Origin: Nemertoderma westbladi
Taxonomy: Eukaryota > Animalia > Xenacoelomorpha
Assembly: GCA_032718475.1 (NCBI GenBank)
Contig: JAUCBJ010006261.1
Span: 1 to 64,000 of the forward strand
DNA length: 64,000 bases
Direction: 5' to 3'
The notes below the pieces were generated by a model, which did not search any database, was not told where the DNA came from, and saw only the letters and a list, made by a program, of their open reading frames with translations. A program made the position numbers and the translations under genes. Shown here in pieces: positions 36,901 to 51,632 of this stretch; positions within the stretch are counted from its first letter, which is position 1, and every line of letters begins with the position of its first letter.

Positions 36901-38283
36901 TGATTCTGAATAAATTTACTGTTGCTGGATGGCTCCAAAATAGATTCTATGTCAAAATATATTACAAACAATGCTGGTAATGTTCTGTCTAAATTTCTAA
37001 AGCTAATGTGAGTTCTTTTTTCAGACGGTAGCTTCTCAACTTGACTTTTTCCTCGATAACAAGCAAGACGGTGACGTTCTAGAACATCCTTGCTGTAGAA
37101 ATGAGACAAACACCGTTCACAATATTTCCTACATCTAATATGCTTACCTGTTGTATTCATCAAACGATTCAAGTTAGTTATGCAAACATAATGTGATTGT
37201 TTTGATTTATTCTTATTTTTTACAAGTAATATATTCAATAACTCTTTATCTGGAGTGATTTTACTAAATGGAGCCTGTCTTAATATAGATACTCGATTGT
37301 TGTCGTAGAGTAATAAATTAATTATATATGCTGAATTCTGTTTTTCAAAAAGTTTAATTGCAAGCGGCCATTCTGATGGATAATCTTTGTTCCCATTGTC
37401 AAAAATAAAATGATTCATAATCTGTGTACTGCGAAGTATGGTTTTTGTTATCTTTCACTTTGCTACTAAATTTTGTGGCTATAATTGCCCATTTGAAACA
37501 GTCATTATCAGCCGTTTGTATATTTATAACACATTTTTTAACTGATAGAGCCTTAGGTAACTCCATATAACCGTGACCTTTATATTCCAGTGACCTACAC
37601 TTGGATTCAGCTACTTTAATTTCCACTCTTAATAAAGATTTAACGCGCCATCCTGAGCCACGAGTGTTAAATATGGCTATTTTTTGCATTAATTTTTCTA
37701 GTACATACTCAAACCATGTGTCAAAACTTTCATGTGAATCTACGGTATTAACTGCACCACCTGAAGAACTAAAATAGAAAGTTTCTTCTTGGTCTCCCTC
37801 TGAAAAATGTGATCGATACATGAGTATATTCACACCTAGCCAGGGTCTAAGTACATTCATTTCGCTAAGTTTTCCTAATAATAAGTTTTTGATGTGAGGT
37901 AGAATATGAACTATCGATGAATGAATATCAGGAAAATCTTCATCATTCGGAAGATTGTAAACATAGATTTCTAAACGGTTATCATGTGCGGCTCGTTCGA
38001 GGCTAAAAATTGATGGACCTTGACCAGATTTCAGTCTTTTTCTAGATGCGACAGTATTGTTTTGGTTCCGTTGTGGTCTAACAAGATAATAACGTTGGTG
38101 ACAGTCGTGACGTAAATAATTCTCATATAAATACTCTTTATTACAAGTAGGACAAGTTTTTTCATACACGCAAAACTTCATTTCTTTACATCCCGTAGTT
38201 GATTCATGTCGTTTGCATATTTCTTCACGTGAACATTTCACTCGACAATTAAAACAATTGTATTCTTGGAAATGTAATTTCAC
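33906..38283 (-). pseudogene. Protein-primed family B DNA polymerase (pPolB), frameshifted and LINE-interrupted
   Basis: GSGW, YFDIES, AHN..YD, IRGG, DFNSLYS, NSLFGKT, SDTDS, RAKGI, LSAFDDK across the fragments. Confidence 0.95.
35553..36430 (-). mobile_element. 5'-truncated LINE (RT C-terminal half) inserted in pPolB
   Basis: HLLYADD, FNPKKS, FKYLG; AATAAA and (TAT)n tail near 35553-35585. Confidence 0.88.
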
Positions 38284-39138
38284 GTGAGTTAAAAATAATT
38301 TCGTTTAGAAATTTGAAGAGGACAAAATGGTCATTTCAATTGTTTATCCATCTCTTTATTATCCTAAAAAAAATTTAAAATTAATATGAATATTGTTATA
38401 TATATAATCAAAAAAAAATTCATAAGCTACTCAACATAAATAAAATATAATATCTAAACTTTAATTAATTTAATATTTGCAGAATGAGCTCGATTGAATC
38501 AGTTGAGCTCTTTATATATATTTCAAGTTTCTACTTATACCAACCAATCATAAATAACAGTTACATTGGAAACTAATATCATAAATAAAGTTGCTTTTAC
38601 AACTGAATTCTTTATAATAAAATCAAGTCTAAACCAAGATGTGCATAATACGTTTTTAATTTTCATTGATAAAGTAGGTTTTACATGCTAATGTTTTATT
38701 ATGGTGGTGTAAACTCACGCATTTACATGGGAATGTTTTTATACCTAATCCCGTGCTCACATTAAACTATCGCCAATATTTACTCAATAAAGTCACCTTT
38801 ACATGCAAATACTTTATAATAATCATGCTTTGTGTTAAAAAGTTACCTTTACTAGTTAGTGTGAAACTGAAAAAAAAAGTCTCTAGTTAATAATAAATCA
38901 ATCTGATACTGTTTTTATATGTTCCTTATTGTAATCTGCTACCTCTTCACTTGCTTTTGTAACTTTTATTTTCTTTGTAGGTATAGAATCATTGTTGGGA
39001 ATGGAAGATGTTTGAGATGTAGATCTGCGCTTTCTATCACTCGATGTCTCTTCGATGTATGTCTTTGGATTAAATGTAGATGAACTACTTCTGGAAATGA
39101 CTTATTAACCTTAAACTTCCAAGTTGGTTGATATAGAA

Positions 39139-39924
39139 TCACGAAACCGATGAAACCTTTAACATCATATCATAGAGAAACTCTATATGAGGTATGTCTT
39201 TATCGTAATGTAACTGTAAATATTTGCTTTCCTTGTCTGTAATAATTACTTTTTTTTCTTGTACATTTATTTTTACTTTAAGTCGGTCAGATAAAGCTTT
39301 ATCGCCCGTATCTAGCTCTGAAAAGACACCTTCGTTACTAATTTCATAATTCCATTCATACCACAATTAATTTACTTCCGATGCTGTTAAGTTAAACCCA
39401 TTATAATACCTAAGACCAATAGCATCAGAATATCTAGCTGAAATCTCCCATAGTCCCATATAAGTCGTTCCTTTATATTTGCTTACAAAACCAACAAAAG
39501 ATGGGTTGGTTAAATTAACAACAGAACACTGATTTATTATTTCGAGTGGTGGTGATAACAATTCTAATATTTCTGTCTTACTCTGAAGCAATAAATTAAT
39601 GAGTGATTTGTTTAGAATTTGACATTTGCCTTGCTTCTGAATATATACGTTTTCAGTAATAACACAGGTGGAAATATTTAACTTTCCTCTTGTAAATTCT
39701 ATATTAGGATAAATATTACCTCTTGAAACTGGTGATTCCTTTTGTCGGTTGATTAATATTTCTAAGACGTCTAGAAGGTAGAGTGTATCCTGGTAAGAGA
39801 AGCACGTTGTTACATTGCTATCGCTTGAGAGTAATATAAAGTACTTGCCATAAACAATACTACAGGTATATTTATTACATGTAAATTTCCAAGTATTGCT
39901 TGAAGTTTTTTTAAATAAATCCAT
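39139..39924 (-). pseudogene. PC4-like (putative ssDNA-binding/coactivator) protein with one in-frame stop
   Basis: FVGFVSKYKGTTYMGLWE...GFNLTASEV resembles the PC4 consensus. ORFs 39367-39924 and 39139-39366 are in frame. Confidence 0.5.
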
Positions 39925-42599
39925 AATTAGAATGAAAACTATTTTGAAAAATAAAAACTAAATAAATGATTATTAGAATGTAAAACTTCTGTTTATATGG
40001 TTGCTTTAATACAACAGAGTGACTTACAGTAAGGAATATAGTAGCTTCGTGTAACAGATGCAACGTGTACAGCTAAATTTATTACATTAGCGTGAGTTAG
40101 AGAGTGAAATAGCAGTAACATGTAACAGATGCAACATGATCAATGCTAGCCCTGTCATTCTAACTTATATTTTAACTTAGTTGACCGACCAGTCACATCG
40201 ATAAAAGAAATCGATTATTATTAATAGTCGAATTAATGTATTCTATGCTATAGTAATTATGTTAAGGAACTAGAAGCTATTTATAAACATCTGCTACCAG
40301 TGATGAAGATGAAGAATTCAATGACTATGGTATAACTCAGATATTTATCGCCTTTTTCTCTCAAGGTTGGATGGAAGAGTGATTGGTGAGTTGTGAGGAG
40401 TTATAACGGTCCCGAGTTCGAACCCTGTTGAATATTTTGTTATCTGAAAAATTGCAAAATTAAATTTAGTTGCTGGTGAAAAATAGTGATTTGAAAAATA
40501 GTAGAAGTTACCTGTAGACACCTCTAGCGTCTGTAAAATAAAGGTTGGTGAAAAATTGCGATTTGAAAAATAGTAGAAGTTATCTGATGCTAAGTGTAGA
40601 CACCCGAACACCTGTAAAATAAAGGTTGGTGATTGGATGCAGTACTAGTGTTGGGTGACTAATAACGCCTCTAGCGGAATAAGCGGGAACTTGAGAAGTT
40701 ACCATGGTTACGGATGAAATGCTGACATCTGATTGGATGAAATAATAACGACTACTGGTCAAGGATGAAATGGTGGCTTCTGATTGGATGCAGTACTAGA
40801 AATGGATGGTAATGATGGGCTACGGGTGACCGTGATGCAGTGGGCGAGTAATATATACTACTAGTGTCACTGATAGCTTGGCCGAGGCCGTTGGAGAAAA
40901 GCATTCAGAGTTAATGTTGTTCGTTGGCGGTCTAATATAATAATGATAGCACAGTTAAAATGATGGCGGATGACAATATTGCTTGATACCGGTAATAGAT
41001 TAATATACAGCCAATGTTGATGGCGGTAAAACAATATTACCCATCTGCACTGAAACTGGGTAACTAACTAAACTGAATCACAAAACCGGTAGCAGGAGAT
41101 AATATATGATTGATATACCAATATTACTTCACTCCTACGCTACCTTGGCCTGCTACCTAATGGATGCTCTCCTTCGCCCTTATTGGCTAATACTCTTCTT
41201 GTCGCCCTTTCACTCTCTGGGAGTGTTTCCCCTCTGCTGCTAGCCTCTGCTAGCTGTGTCCCCTCCGAGGTGGTTTGATCTCTAACCTTCCTTTGTGTGT
41301 GGCTTCGGGGCTTGTGTTGCCCCCCCCCCCCCCAATGTTGGTTGTGATTCGAGATTGATATTGCTAATCTCGTATCTCCAACATATTGCTGAAAATGCCA
41401 CCATCCCATTTTCTGGTGGGTAATGAGGCGGAATTGAATCCGCTTACACTCCCCCCCATGCTATATTCCCGGTGAGAAGATAGCATCAACCTCTAGTGCG
41501 CTTCAATTCCGCTGGAACCCGATCTACTATCGGGTGTGGTGTGGAGTTCTTTTCTCGGAGTCGGCTTTCCAGACCGCTCCATCTGGGTAGGATATTGCTA
41601 CCCCTTCTTGGTGCAATCGCAACCTATGTTGCACCAAGACATCTGACGTCTCTGTTCGAGACAGTTGTGGACTCTTCACACAATTTTCAAAAACTCTCAC
41701 TCCTAATCTTACTCTCGACCTCTCACTCCCTTACTCTTCCTCTCTCCCTGCTCGCTCCCCACACTTGAATCGCACTCCTCTCACTTCCTCACGCGCCAAC
41801 ACCTCCTCTCCATACTTCCCTCATACTCCTCTCATACTCCCCTCGGAACTTACCCCAGTCCATCGGCTTGCGGAAGACAAGCCTCATGAGCTCACCCTGG
41901 GGCTGAATACAGATTTAGTCGAAAAAATTAGCCAAAGAATTTGGGTTATATTTTGTGACTCTTTGACCCAAAACGATCCGATTTCGGGTAAAATTAAAAA
42001 AACTAATCGAAGAAAATTTTATTTATAAGCAATTTAAAATTTATTTAATATTTATAAATATTAGTGACCAATAAATTAATTAGCCCATGGATATATCATG
42101 GAAATTTGGAGTCTATATGTTAAAGAAATGCAAATAAACAAAAATGCAAAAAAAATTTATCGATATATATTTAGTTATTAGTAATTAAATAATTATTTAA
42201 TACTAACAAATATTAGTTTTCAAAAATAAATTAGCCCATGGTTATGGAAAGAAAAAATGGTGTCTATATGTGAAAGAAATGCGAAAAATTAAAAAATTAA
42301 AAAAATCGATATAATATATTTTAGGTATTGAAATTTACTTATTATAAATAATTATAAATATCAATTAATATTTTATTAATCATTATTTTCAATAATTATT
42401 AAAATATGTGTACATGGAATATCATTATACTAATGCAGAAAACTGAAGTTTAATTAAAATATCTGATGAATTATTTCACTATAAGATAGCATTTGTAGTT
42501 TAACTTAAACGTAAAAACTTTCGAAAATCCGACGCATTTTGATTAAGTTACAGTAATGTAATATGCCTATTCATATTTGTACACATAAAACCCCTAGTT

Positions 42600-42680
42600 A
42601 CTCTCGTGGCGTAGTGGTCAGAGGGTTAAAGCGTTGGTTGCATTACAGCTAGGTTACGAGTTCGAATCCCGGTCGGGAAA
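42600..42680 (+). mobile_element. tRNA-derived SINE head or tRNA pseudogene
   Basis: A box TGGCGTAGTGG, B box GAGTTCGAATCC; no clean cloverleaf. Confidence 0.65.
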
Positions 42681-45598
42681 TTTGCATTTTGGGGCAATTT
42701 ATTTTCATTTGGTACAGATTAGTAAGCCAATGAGGTGCGTACAACGTATCGAACGATGAGTTGGGCCAATCATAGGGCATAGAACATCTTATTGCTCCAA
42801 TGTGAGGCCATGGAATACTCTCGAAGGTTCTAGTGGATTCTATGTCCCAGATTTAGTATATAAAGGGCTGGTTTGCCTTCGGTTATCACTTACACAATTG
42901 CACTTATCCTGCTTGTATCTCACACTCTCTCTTGCACTAATCATTTCGTTATACTTTGTTGGTTTCTTGTTGAAACTATTTGTAAAACTGTTTGATAATT
43001 CTTTGCTAAACTGTAAATACACTGCAAACTCCTGAACATGTTTTTCTTTGGTCCAACTTTGGGACAGCCAAACATCGGGAAGATGGCAGCCTAGACCGTT
43101 AGGCCGTCAGCAATGCAGGGAAAAGATGTCCACAACACGCTAGCGCCCACATTAGATTAGACCGCGCACCCCCTTCGCCCTTCGAAATACTCCAATTGCC
43201 ATGCAGCGCCCGCTTTATGAGGAAGGTAAGACTTTGTTTGATGCCCTTGCCCGCCGTAAGACCTATAGATCAGGGTAAGCGTGACGCTGTCCTGGACGCC
43301 GCAAAATTTAGGATCAAATAATTATATTTAGGCAGAACCCCTTTGTCAGTCCTGCAAATCCCTGGGTTACCTGAATGTCTCATAGGTAGGCAGGCAGTTC
43401 GAGCTATTGCCGTTCGTCAGTGCGCAAGTACATATTAGTTACGGACAGCATACGTTCCATAATTTAGTGATTTGTTAGCACTGACTGTTTGGTACCGGTT
43501 CGCTTTGTAGAACATACATTAGTACCCCCCCCCCCCCCCTGCCTGAAGTTAGTTATTTGATCAGGCAAGGAGTATTTCTGCTACCGGCACACCGCTTGGC
43601 CTAGGGAGGTTTTATTAATATCCACCGCGCCTTGCCACGTACTGATAGGTATTTGCTGCTAACTACCGCAGCAACAAAGTTCTAGAATCAAATTTGTATA
43701 CCAGATCAGCTAACGTACGGTAGCAATTAACCCCTATTTCTTCTCTTACAACCAGAATCTGGTATTAGTGCCGATCACGGGTGTAGTTACTAACACCGTG
43801 GTTGCCCAGTGAGTTGTGGATAGGAAGGAGAGAGCTTTGATGTCATTTGTAAGTATAAAGTTCTACAAAACGCGACGGTATCGTTTCGGTCAGAAAATTA
43901 CTAAAACCTAGTAAATGATATACACCAAAAAATTGTTTTATTGTAACACACCCACACACACATGCCCTAAAACATATTTACCCTTAGAGTTCTACTAGTT
44001 ATAGCACACTTTATATTACTTTTAGGCAGAATTTATCTGTATTTGTAAATTAGGATCTGATATTTAGTTACGGCAAAGGGAGTATTTCATTTTCGTTATT
44101 AAACTGTTGTTTTCTGCTCAGCATTATTGTTACATTAGGCACGACCTTTTTTAGACTGATTCAGACAGGGAGATCAGTATTGTAACGCTAGGGCTGTAAC
44201 CCACCTAGCTCGTATATAAACCATATAAATCACACCGCGGCAAGTTACGGTATTTAGGACTGTCAGCGATAGTTAGGATTCGCTGCGCGGGGATTGTTTT
44301 CCCGTGAGTTTGGTCTGTTACTGTAACTGTACATCTGCCACACCGGTTAGGGGACAGGTTTCCTTTTGTCTAGTTCGTAGGCATTAGACCCGCTCACGTA
44401 CATAGAATAGACATCAGGCTCTGCTCCTCGCCAGTAGTAGTTTGTGTATTGTATCTGTTTGTTTAGATATCCTGGGCTGGGATTTGTTGTCAGATACTGT
44501 ACGAGCCCGTTTCATTACTAGAGTCTCATAGTAAGATACATCGTTACTAGGATCTGGTAAGCGGTATACTACTGGACTTTACGGTTAGAGATATTCTATA
44601 GCTTCATATTAGTAGACTTGTCGGCCGTAGGATAGCCCCTACCATAGAGGACTTTACAGTGAGACATATATTTATTATTTAGTTTGCAAGTTGCGATTTG
44701 CAAATGGTAGATAAATATATAGTTTAGCTATTGAAAGTAGGAGATATTTAAAATTTAAGGTTAGTAAATTTAGTAATTTGTAGAACGTCCCCTGCTTCAG
44801 TAGGCTTTTAGGGTAGCTAGTAGTTTCGTATTTAATATTTGACTAGCTAATAGTTAGTTTGTAGCAATTTGTTTTACGCCGTGTGTGTGCGGTGTTACTT
44901 TCGGTACTTGAAAAGGTACATAGGGTTTAAAGACCAAGTTGTATCGGTACCTAGGAAGATTTTTCGTAGAGTAGAAGTAAAACTCTCACCTTCGACTTTT
45001 CAGGACTCAAGGACTCATTTCTGGACCGCTTCGAGGATTAGACCGCTTTTTGCAAAGTTTGGGAGACAAAAAATTCGTCCGCGCCGCCGAAAAACGGAAC
45101 GACCCACGTCCGGTTTGTATTTGGGAATTTGTACGACTGGAAGATCAAAGGAGCGTAAGTTTTACGACTCATGTCGTTCAAACTTAGAAAGCACAATAGT
45201 ACTCAAAATTTGTGGGTTTCACTGTCTAATTAGTAGTGTTGTTGGTACTTATTTTCCCGTTAGACGTTACTGTTTTGCCTATTATTTGTACTTGTTGATC
45301 TACATTTTGGTAACGTATACCATTATCTCACGTATTCGTACAAATTTAGCCGGTAGGCTAGATTATTACTTATTTTATTATATACTTTGTTTAGTTTTAT
45401 TTGTACCGGTTAGGGTATATATATGATATATATATATCAAGGTAAGTTTGACATTTTGACATTTCGACATTATGACTTTGTTGATTTATTTTTACCGGTT
45501 AGGGTATATGTGCTATATATATACCAAGGTAAGTTTGACATTTCAACATTCAGACACTTTGACATTTTATTACCCGTACTTGACGTATATAATAAGAC

Positions 45599-48500
45599 AT
45601 GAGTGACACACCCCATTCGACTCGATACCCCCCTACCGACTATGACTCGTGCGACCCGGACAGATCGACAGTAGACGAACCGAGAAGGAGAACCCGAGAT
45701 TCTACCGATGTCACACCGCATGCGTCGCCGGTACCCCAAACGGAAATACCGGAAGCCGCAACGCGTGGCGACGGCAGAATCGAAGATTTCCTTACCGTCC
45801 CGCAGACTAGATCGCGGGAACCGGACATGGTAAGTTCGACTGGAAGCCAGGAGAACGTCATTAGAAGTATAGGAGGACACATGGCCCAGATTACTCGAAA
45901 CCTCGGAGAAGGTTTTCGCATTTTACGCGAGTTGACCGCCCCGATGTCGAGATACGAGTTCTACACCTTACAGGTAAGGATAGAAAGTAGGGTACATGCC
46001 TCCGTAGATAAACTTAAAGGTTTACACGAACTTGCAGAGTTGCGTGGCGACAACTTTACTCAGGTAAAGATAATAGATAAGTTGGTAAGTGCGAGAGAAA
46101 GCCTTATCCAGTTTAAGTCAGTAATAAGATTGGCTCAACAGGAGCAGTTTGACCAACTGCTAGGTGAGTCAGTTTCGGATGTGTTGTTACAACCCGAAGA
46201 GGAAGAAGAACTATACTGCCTGGACAGGAGGTTAGGGACGCTCACCAATTTTCTTCGTAGAAACGGCGTACCGATCGAAGAACCGGAAGTCGAACCGCGA
46301 GGGACGACGGAAGTTCTCACTACGGAAGGCTCGCGAGCCTACCAGCATCCACCACTGGATAGATCGTTCGTTAGTATGCGGAGCGACGTTGGCAACGTTA
46401 GTAGGACAGCGTCTGTAATTACTCGACAACAACAGGAGGTCGCACGCCGACAACAAGTCGTCGAGGAAGAAGGGCAACGGCAGATGGCACAGATCGCCAT
46501 CGAGGGAGAGAAACAATATAGAGAGGACAAGGCGAGAATTGCGCAACTCAAGGCGCAAGCCGAATTCAAAGCCTCGGAAATGCTACGATTGGAGGAAGAC
46601 TTAGCGCAACGGGCAGCAGCCGACGAGTTAGCGCGACGGGCAGAAGCCGACGAGTTAGCACGACGGGCAGCAGCCGACGAGTTAGCACGGCAGAAAGAGG
46701 CATCTGACGCACGTGCTCAGTTGGAGGCACGGCTGATGAAGTCACGATTAGCCATTCAGGAAGCAGAGTTAGCGGCACAACAACAAGTAGCAGATCGACG
46801 CGAAAGGGAGATGCAACTACAGTTCGAATTTAATCGTAGATCGTGCGAGGCAGCGAACGCGCAAGCGGACCTTGAACTCGACGCGAGAGATAGATCTATA
46901 AGGTCTCGAGCTGGACATGACTTGTCTGCCCTGGATTGCATGGAGGCTCGATATCGCGGAATTCAGAAGCGAATCGAGGAAGGAAGTGTGGGAGCGATAG
47001 ATCGAGGAGAGGAGTTCGTCGAGGATTACTGTAAACGTTTTCCACAAGTTATTCCTATGCTCAAACCCACGACTCCGATAAAACCGGTCTTTGTTACGAA
47101 ACCTAAGGAAATAACGCCTGTGCGCTCGACGCAAGGCAACAGGTTTGTTGTGACGGAAATACCGCAACCTAGGGCAACTTCATCGCCGATTTTAGCAGGT
47201 AATGTATCCAGTCCACCTACAGTAAGTCGTAGTCTACTTGTAGGAAGGGAGGAACCTGCGTTTATGTCAATTAAAAAGGTAAGTGAGCAGTTAGCAGTTA
47301 AACCTGTTACGTGCTGTGCGAACCCAGTTATTTATAGACCGACTACGAAACCCGACTACTTTACTAAACCATTGACACAATGTTCGACGCGACCTACGAC
47401 TTCGTGGAAGGCTTGCGAGCCTACCGAACAACGGAGGAGGATGGATGTGGGTAGTACCCACAGGATCGAACAACACTTAACGAGACCTACGACTTTGTGG
47501 AAGGCTTGCGAGCCTACTGAACGACGGAGAGCCGTAGATCCCAGACCTCGACAAACTCGACCAGGAATAATACGCCAGACGCGAACCCGCCAACCACCTT
47601 ATCCGGATGATAGCGACTCATCTAGTGACTCGGAGTCGACGGAACAGGAAATATTCCATACTGGAGCGGCAGCGGCAGAGGATTACAAATGGGAGGAACG
47701 ATTGACGAATCCATATATCGATAATCCTGCACGAGAAACACCCCAACAGAAACCCACGTTGCAACCAGCGGAAGCGATCAGCACCAACAGACTCGCCGAA
47801 ATAATGCGACCTGTAACGGACCGACTAGCTCAGATAGAAGAGCGACTCGAAATGCAACCGTTGGATCGATCATGAACCAGCATGGAGTTGGAACAACCTA
47901 GACAACATCGACCACCAAGGAGAGAACAGGAGACTAGACAGACTCCGACCCATCGAGAAGAAGAATTAATTTTAATATTTCCGTTAATATTTCCTACCGA
48001 CGAACAACGCGCGGAAGGGAGCGACTGGACGACACCACCGAACAGGGACGCGGACAGTTGGATTTAGTTAGCGAGATTGCGAAATTCGCAGCTAGACACG
48101 GATTACTGGCACAGCAACCGCCGAAGTTCTCTGGCAACGTAAAACACTGGCGCACACTGGTAGACTACGTAGAGTCCCAGATCGCTAAGTGTGCTTTCAC
48201 CTCGACGGAGAAGTTTAATTACTTGCTCCAAGTCCTGTCTGGTGAGCCAAAATGATTAGCGGAAACCTTTATCGGTGTTCCAGATGCCTTTGAGTTGGCG
48301 TACAACCGTTTATATTCGATTTACGGAGGTAACGTCGCCATGGCTAAATCCATTATTGAAGACCTCTGCAGAGGAGGTAGCATTTCAAAACCGATCGACC
48401 TTTAACGACTCGCGGACGAAATCAAGAACGCAATAGGGACTTTACGGTCCATTGGACAACTCGAATACGCTAACGCACCGACGGTTCTCATCAGGATAAT

Positions 48501-51500
48501 CTGTCGACTTCATCATCGACTACGACGAGAATGGTGACGCATCGAGTACCAGCGTGAAGAAGCCGGCAGGCTTTTAAAACTCACCGACATCTACCAACTG
48601 ATTTCATGGGAGGCCGTGATCGAGACTCGATCAAATTACACCGATCACCATATCGCGGCAGAAAGGATAGCTATTTCTGCGCCGACTCGGACTAAACCAT
48701 TTCCGACGAACGCGAAAGCAGTCACCTACGCCACCCCTACTGAGACTTCTAAAGTTCTGACGCCTATCGGCACCACGCAGCCACGACAACAGTTGCCGGC
48801 GGACTTTGTGGGATGCTCGTACTGCGAGCGGAACGGCAGAAACTACAGCGGACATAATCTTCGTGGATGTCGCGCTTTTAAAGAGTTAGGATTCGAAGAA
48901 AGGAGACTCCAAATTCGATCGTTAGATTCCTGCTGGAGATGTATGAAGCCAGGACACGTCCGGAAGGATTGCCCGAGCGACGATACATGCCCTCAGTGTG
49001 GACGTAACCATGACGCGTTGCTTCACACAACTAGTCATACTCCGACCAAACGCTTTCGACGAGAGCATCCAGATAAAGCGGCTAGATGCAACGCGCTTTA
49101 TAAGGAGCGTGCGCCGCGCGAGATCCGTACGTTTATTACAGACTGTATGGATCAGTCAGGATCATCGGACGAGGACGAGGAGGAAGACGACACTTTCTAT
49201 GTGCATGCGGGTGAGGAACAGCCATCGGTAACACTCCTCACACAGAACCAATTGAAAGGGTTTAGCGTGATTCCTATAAAGATTACCGGAACCCGAGGGA
49301 GCAAGCGTATATACGCCATCTTAGACTCTGCGTCATCGCATAGCTATGTCGATGAACAAGTAGCCGACGTGGTTATGGACATGAGTCAAGGTAAGACTGC
49401 CCAGTATACTATAAGCAGCATGCATGGTAAGAGAGCGATCCCTGTGACAAGAGTAAAACTAACTTTAGACACTCTTCTTTCCAAAGCGGAACACAGCAAG
49501 GAGGAGCGCTCATTACTTCCGGTAAGAAATTTGACCTTTGCAGCTACAAAGGACTTTAGTAACTTGCTCGGCCCTGTGCCAGAGCAATCACCGGAAGATC
49601 GTAAATATTTCCGACACCTTGGAATACCGGAATGTCCTGTTAATTATCGCTCAATCGTGATGTTAATTGGGACAGACCAGTTTAACTTACATCAGGTATG
49701 GGAGACACGCCCATCTGTTATTACAGCGGGCAACCCCTACGCATGTAGAACTCCCATAGGTTGGTATACTGGAGCTCCAATACGTTCACTAGAGGTAAGT
49801 GACCAGGAGGACGACGTTTTGAGTACGTGTAGTTTATTGACTAACACTATAGATAATTCTCCTTCACACTCCTGTGGTCCAATTGTACAGACTGCACTAC
49901 GACAGACTTGCGTCGCTAACGTAGATGCCACCGATACTGACGTAACTGATCTGGACACAACCACATGGACCTTTGACTTACAACTATTTGCAGCAAACCA
50001 GTTTGTATTGACTACTGAAGACCAAAGGGTTGTTGCTGTGGATGACTCGATGAACGAGGATTTTGGAAGGCTTGCGAGCCTACCGAAAAATCTGAAGGTC
50101 ATTGACCCCACCCACCAAGCTTCGACACCGGTCGTTGATCTTGGAAGGCTTGCGAGCCTACCGACAGATCAAGAAGTTGTCAAACCGCCGCACGACGATT
50201 CGACTCCGACTAGTGACACCGGAAGGCTTGCGAGCCTACCAGACACATTGACACTAGCCACCGCAGCGGATGAAGACGTGGACGAGGACCATGGCGCAGT
50301 GCAAGCAGCGCTTGACCGACTGCTGACTGAACGAACCATTCAATGGTTGGAACAGGACTCAGCAGAACCCAGTAGTTACGAGACCGCTATGTCAGAACAG
50401 GAAAAACGGTCATTAAATATTATGAAAGATACCATTCGCCAGACCGCGAATGGCCACTATGAGGTTGGCATGTTGTGGCGCAATGGACAACCTAAGCTCG
50501 TTAACAATTACCCGCTTGCTTTGAGGCGACTCAAATCAATAAGTCAGCGATTGTTGCGAGACGAGACGGCCCATATGCAATACAATGCGCAGCTTCAGAC
50601 GTATCTCCAAAAGGGATACGCCATTAGGATTTTAAATCCCGAGGTAACCACAGATCAGACATATTACCTGCCACATCATTTTGTTCGACACCCGGACAAA
50701 CCTGGCAAGGTGCGTGTAGTCAACGACTGCGCCGCGCTTTACCAAGGGATGTCTATGAACAGCGGATTGATGGACGGACCGAATATGAATAATTACCTCA
50801 TGGGAGTCCTAATGCGTTTTAGAAAACGCAAAGTGGCTTTCACCTGTGACGTAGAGGCCATGTTTCACCAGGTTAAGGCTTTGGAGTGGGACAGGGACAG
50901 CTTGAGGTTTCTTTGGTATCCGTACGGAAATTTAGAACTTCCGCCAGAAACTTACCAAATGCAGGTAAGAGTCTTCGGAGCCAGGGACAGCCCCAACTGC
51001 ACCACGTACGCCTTAAAGCAGACAGCATTGGACAGACGAGACCAATTTGACCCAGAAGTAGTTCGGACAGTGGAACGAGATTTCTACGTGGATGACGGCC
51101 TCAAGAGTTGTGACACTTTGGAGTGCGCTACAACCGTAGCACACCAACTCCAGGATTGTCTCGCTGAGGGCGGATTTCACCTGACGAAATTCGTTTCCAA
51201 CGAACCTGAACTGGTGAACTCATTTGACTCGACGGATCGTAGTAGAGGTGACTTGGACTTAGACCTAGAACCTCTACCGACGACCAAAGTATTAGGACTT
51301 AGTTGGGACCCTAACACCGACAATTTTAGGGTACGTGTAAGGTCCAACGACCAGACTAGACCTCTCACTAAGAGGACTTGCTTATCGACCATGAGTCGAT
51401 TGTATGACCCATTGTGTTTCATTAGTCCAGTGATCTTACATGCTAGGATCATACTCCGCAGCATTTGGCAAGCCGGACTGGAATGGGACGATCCCATCCC

Positions 51501-51632
51501 AGAAAAGTTAGCTGAGCAATGGAGGGACTGGGAAGCCCAACTGACGTTCCTATAAGACTATACCATACCAAGGGTATACTTTCCTTTGCAGACCACCTTT
51601 CCTGCCGATTTAGAGCTTCACAGCTTTAGTGA
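45599..51632 (+). pseudogene. BEL gag-protease-RT
   Basis: PKFSGNVKHW, triple Cys/His knuckles, ILDSAS, YLPHH, DVEAMFHQV, FYVDD, YDPL. Several stops at 47873-48540 and 51553. Confidence 0.93.

Larger units (their letters stand above)
22119..40862. mobile_element. Polinton/Maverick endogenous virus, decaying
   Basis: AGT...ACT termini and about 320-bp TIRs (22119-22436 / 40543-40862). Encodes pPolB, integrase, ATPase, protease, major and minor capsid proteins. TSD degenerate (GTTGTC vs AGTGTC). Confidence 0.96.

Noticed and set aside
42600-42680. Functional tRNA gene
   Set aside because: Has A and B boxes but no consistent acceptor or anticodon stems.
44181-44548. Possible solo LTR (TGTAACG...CGTTAC)
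   Set aside because: No CA end, TSD or second copy.
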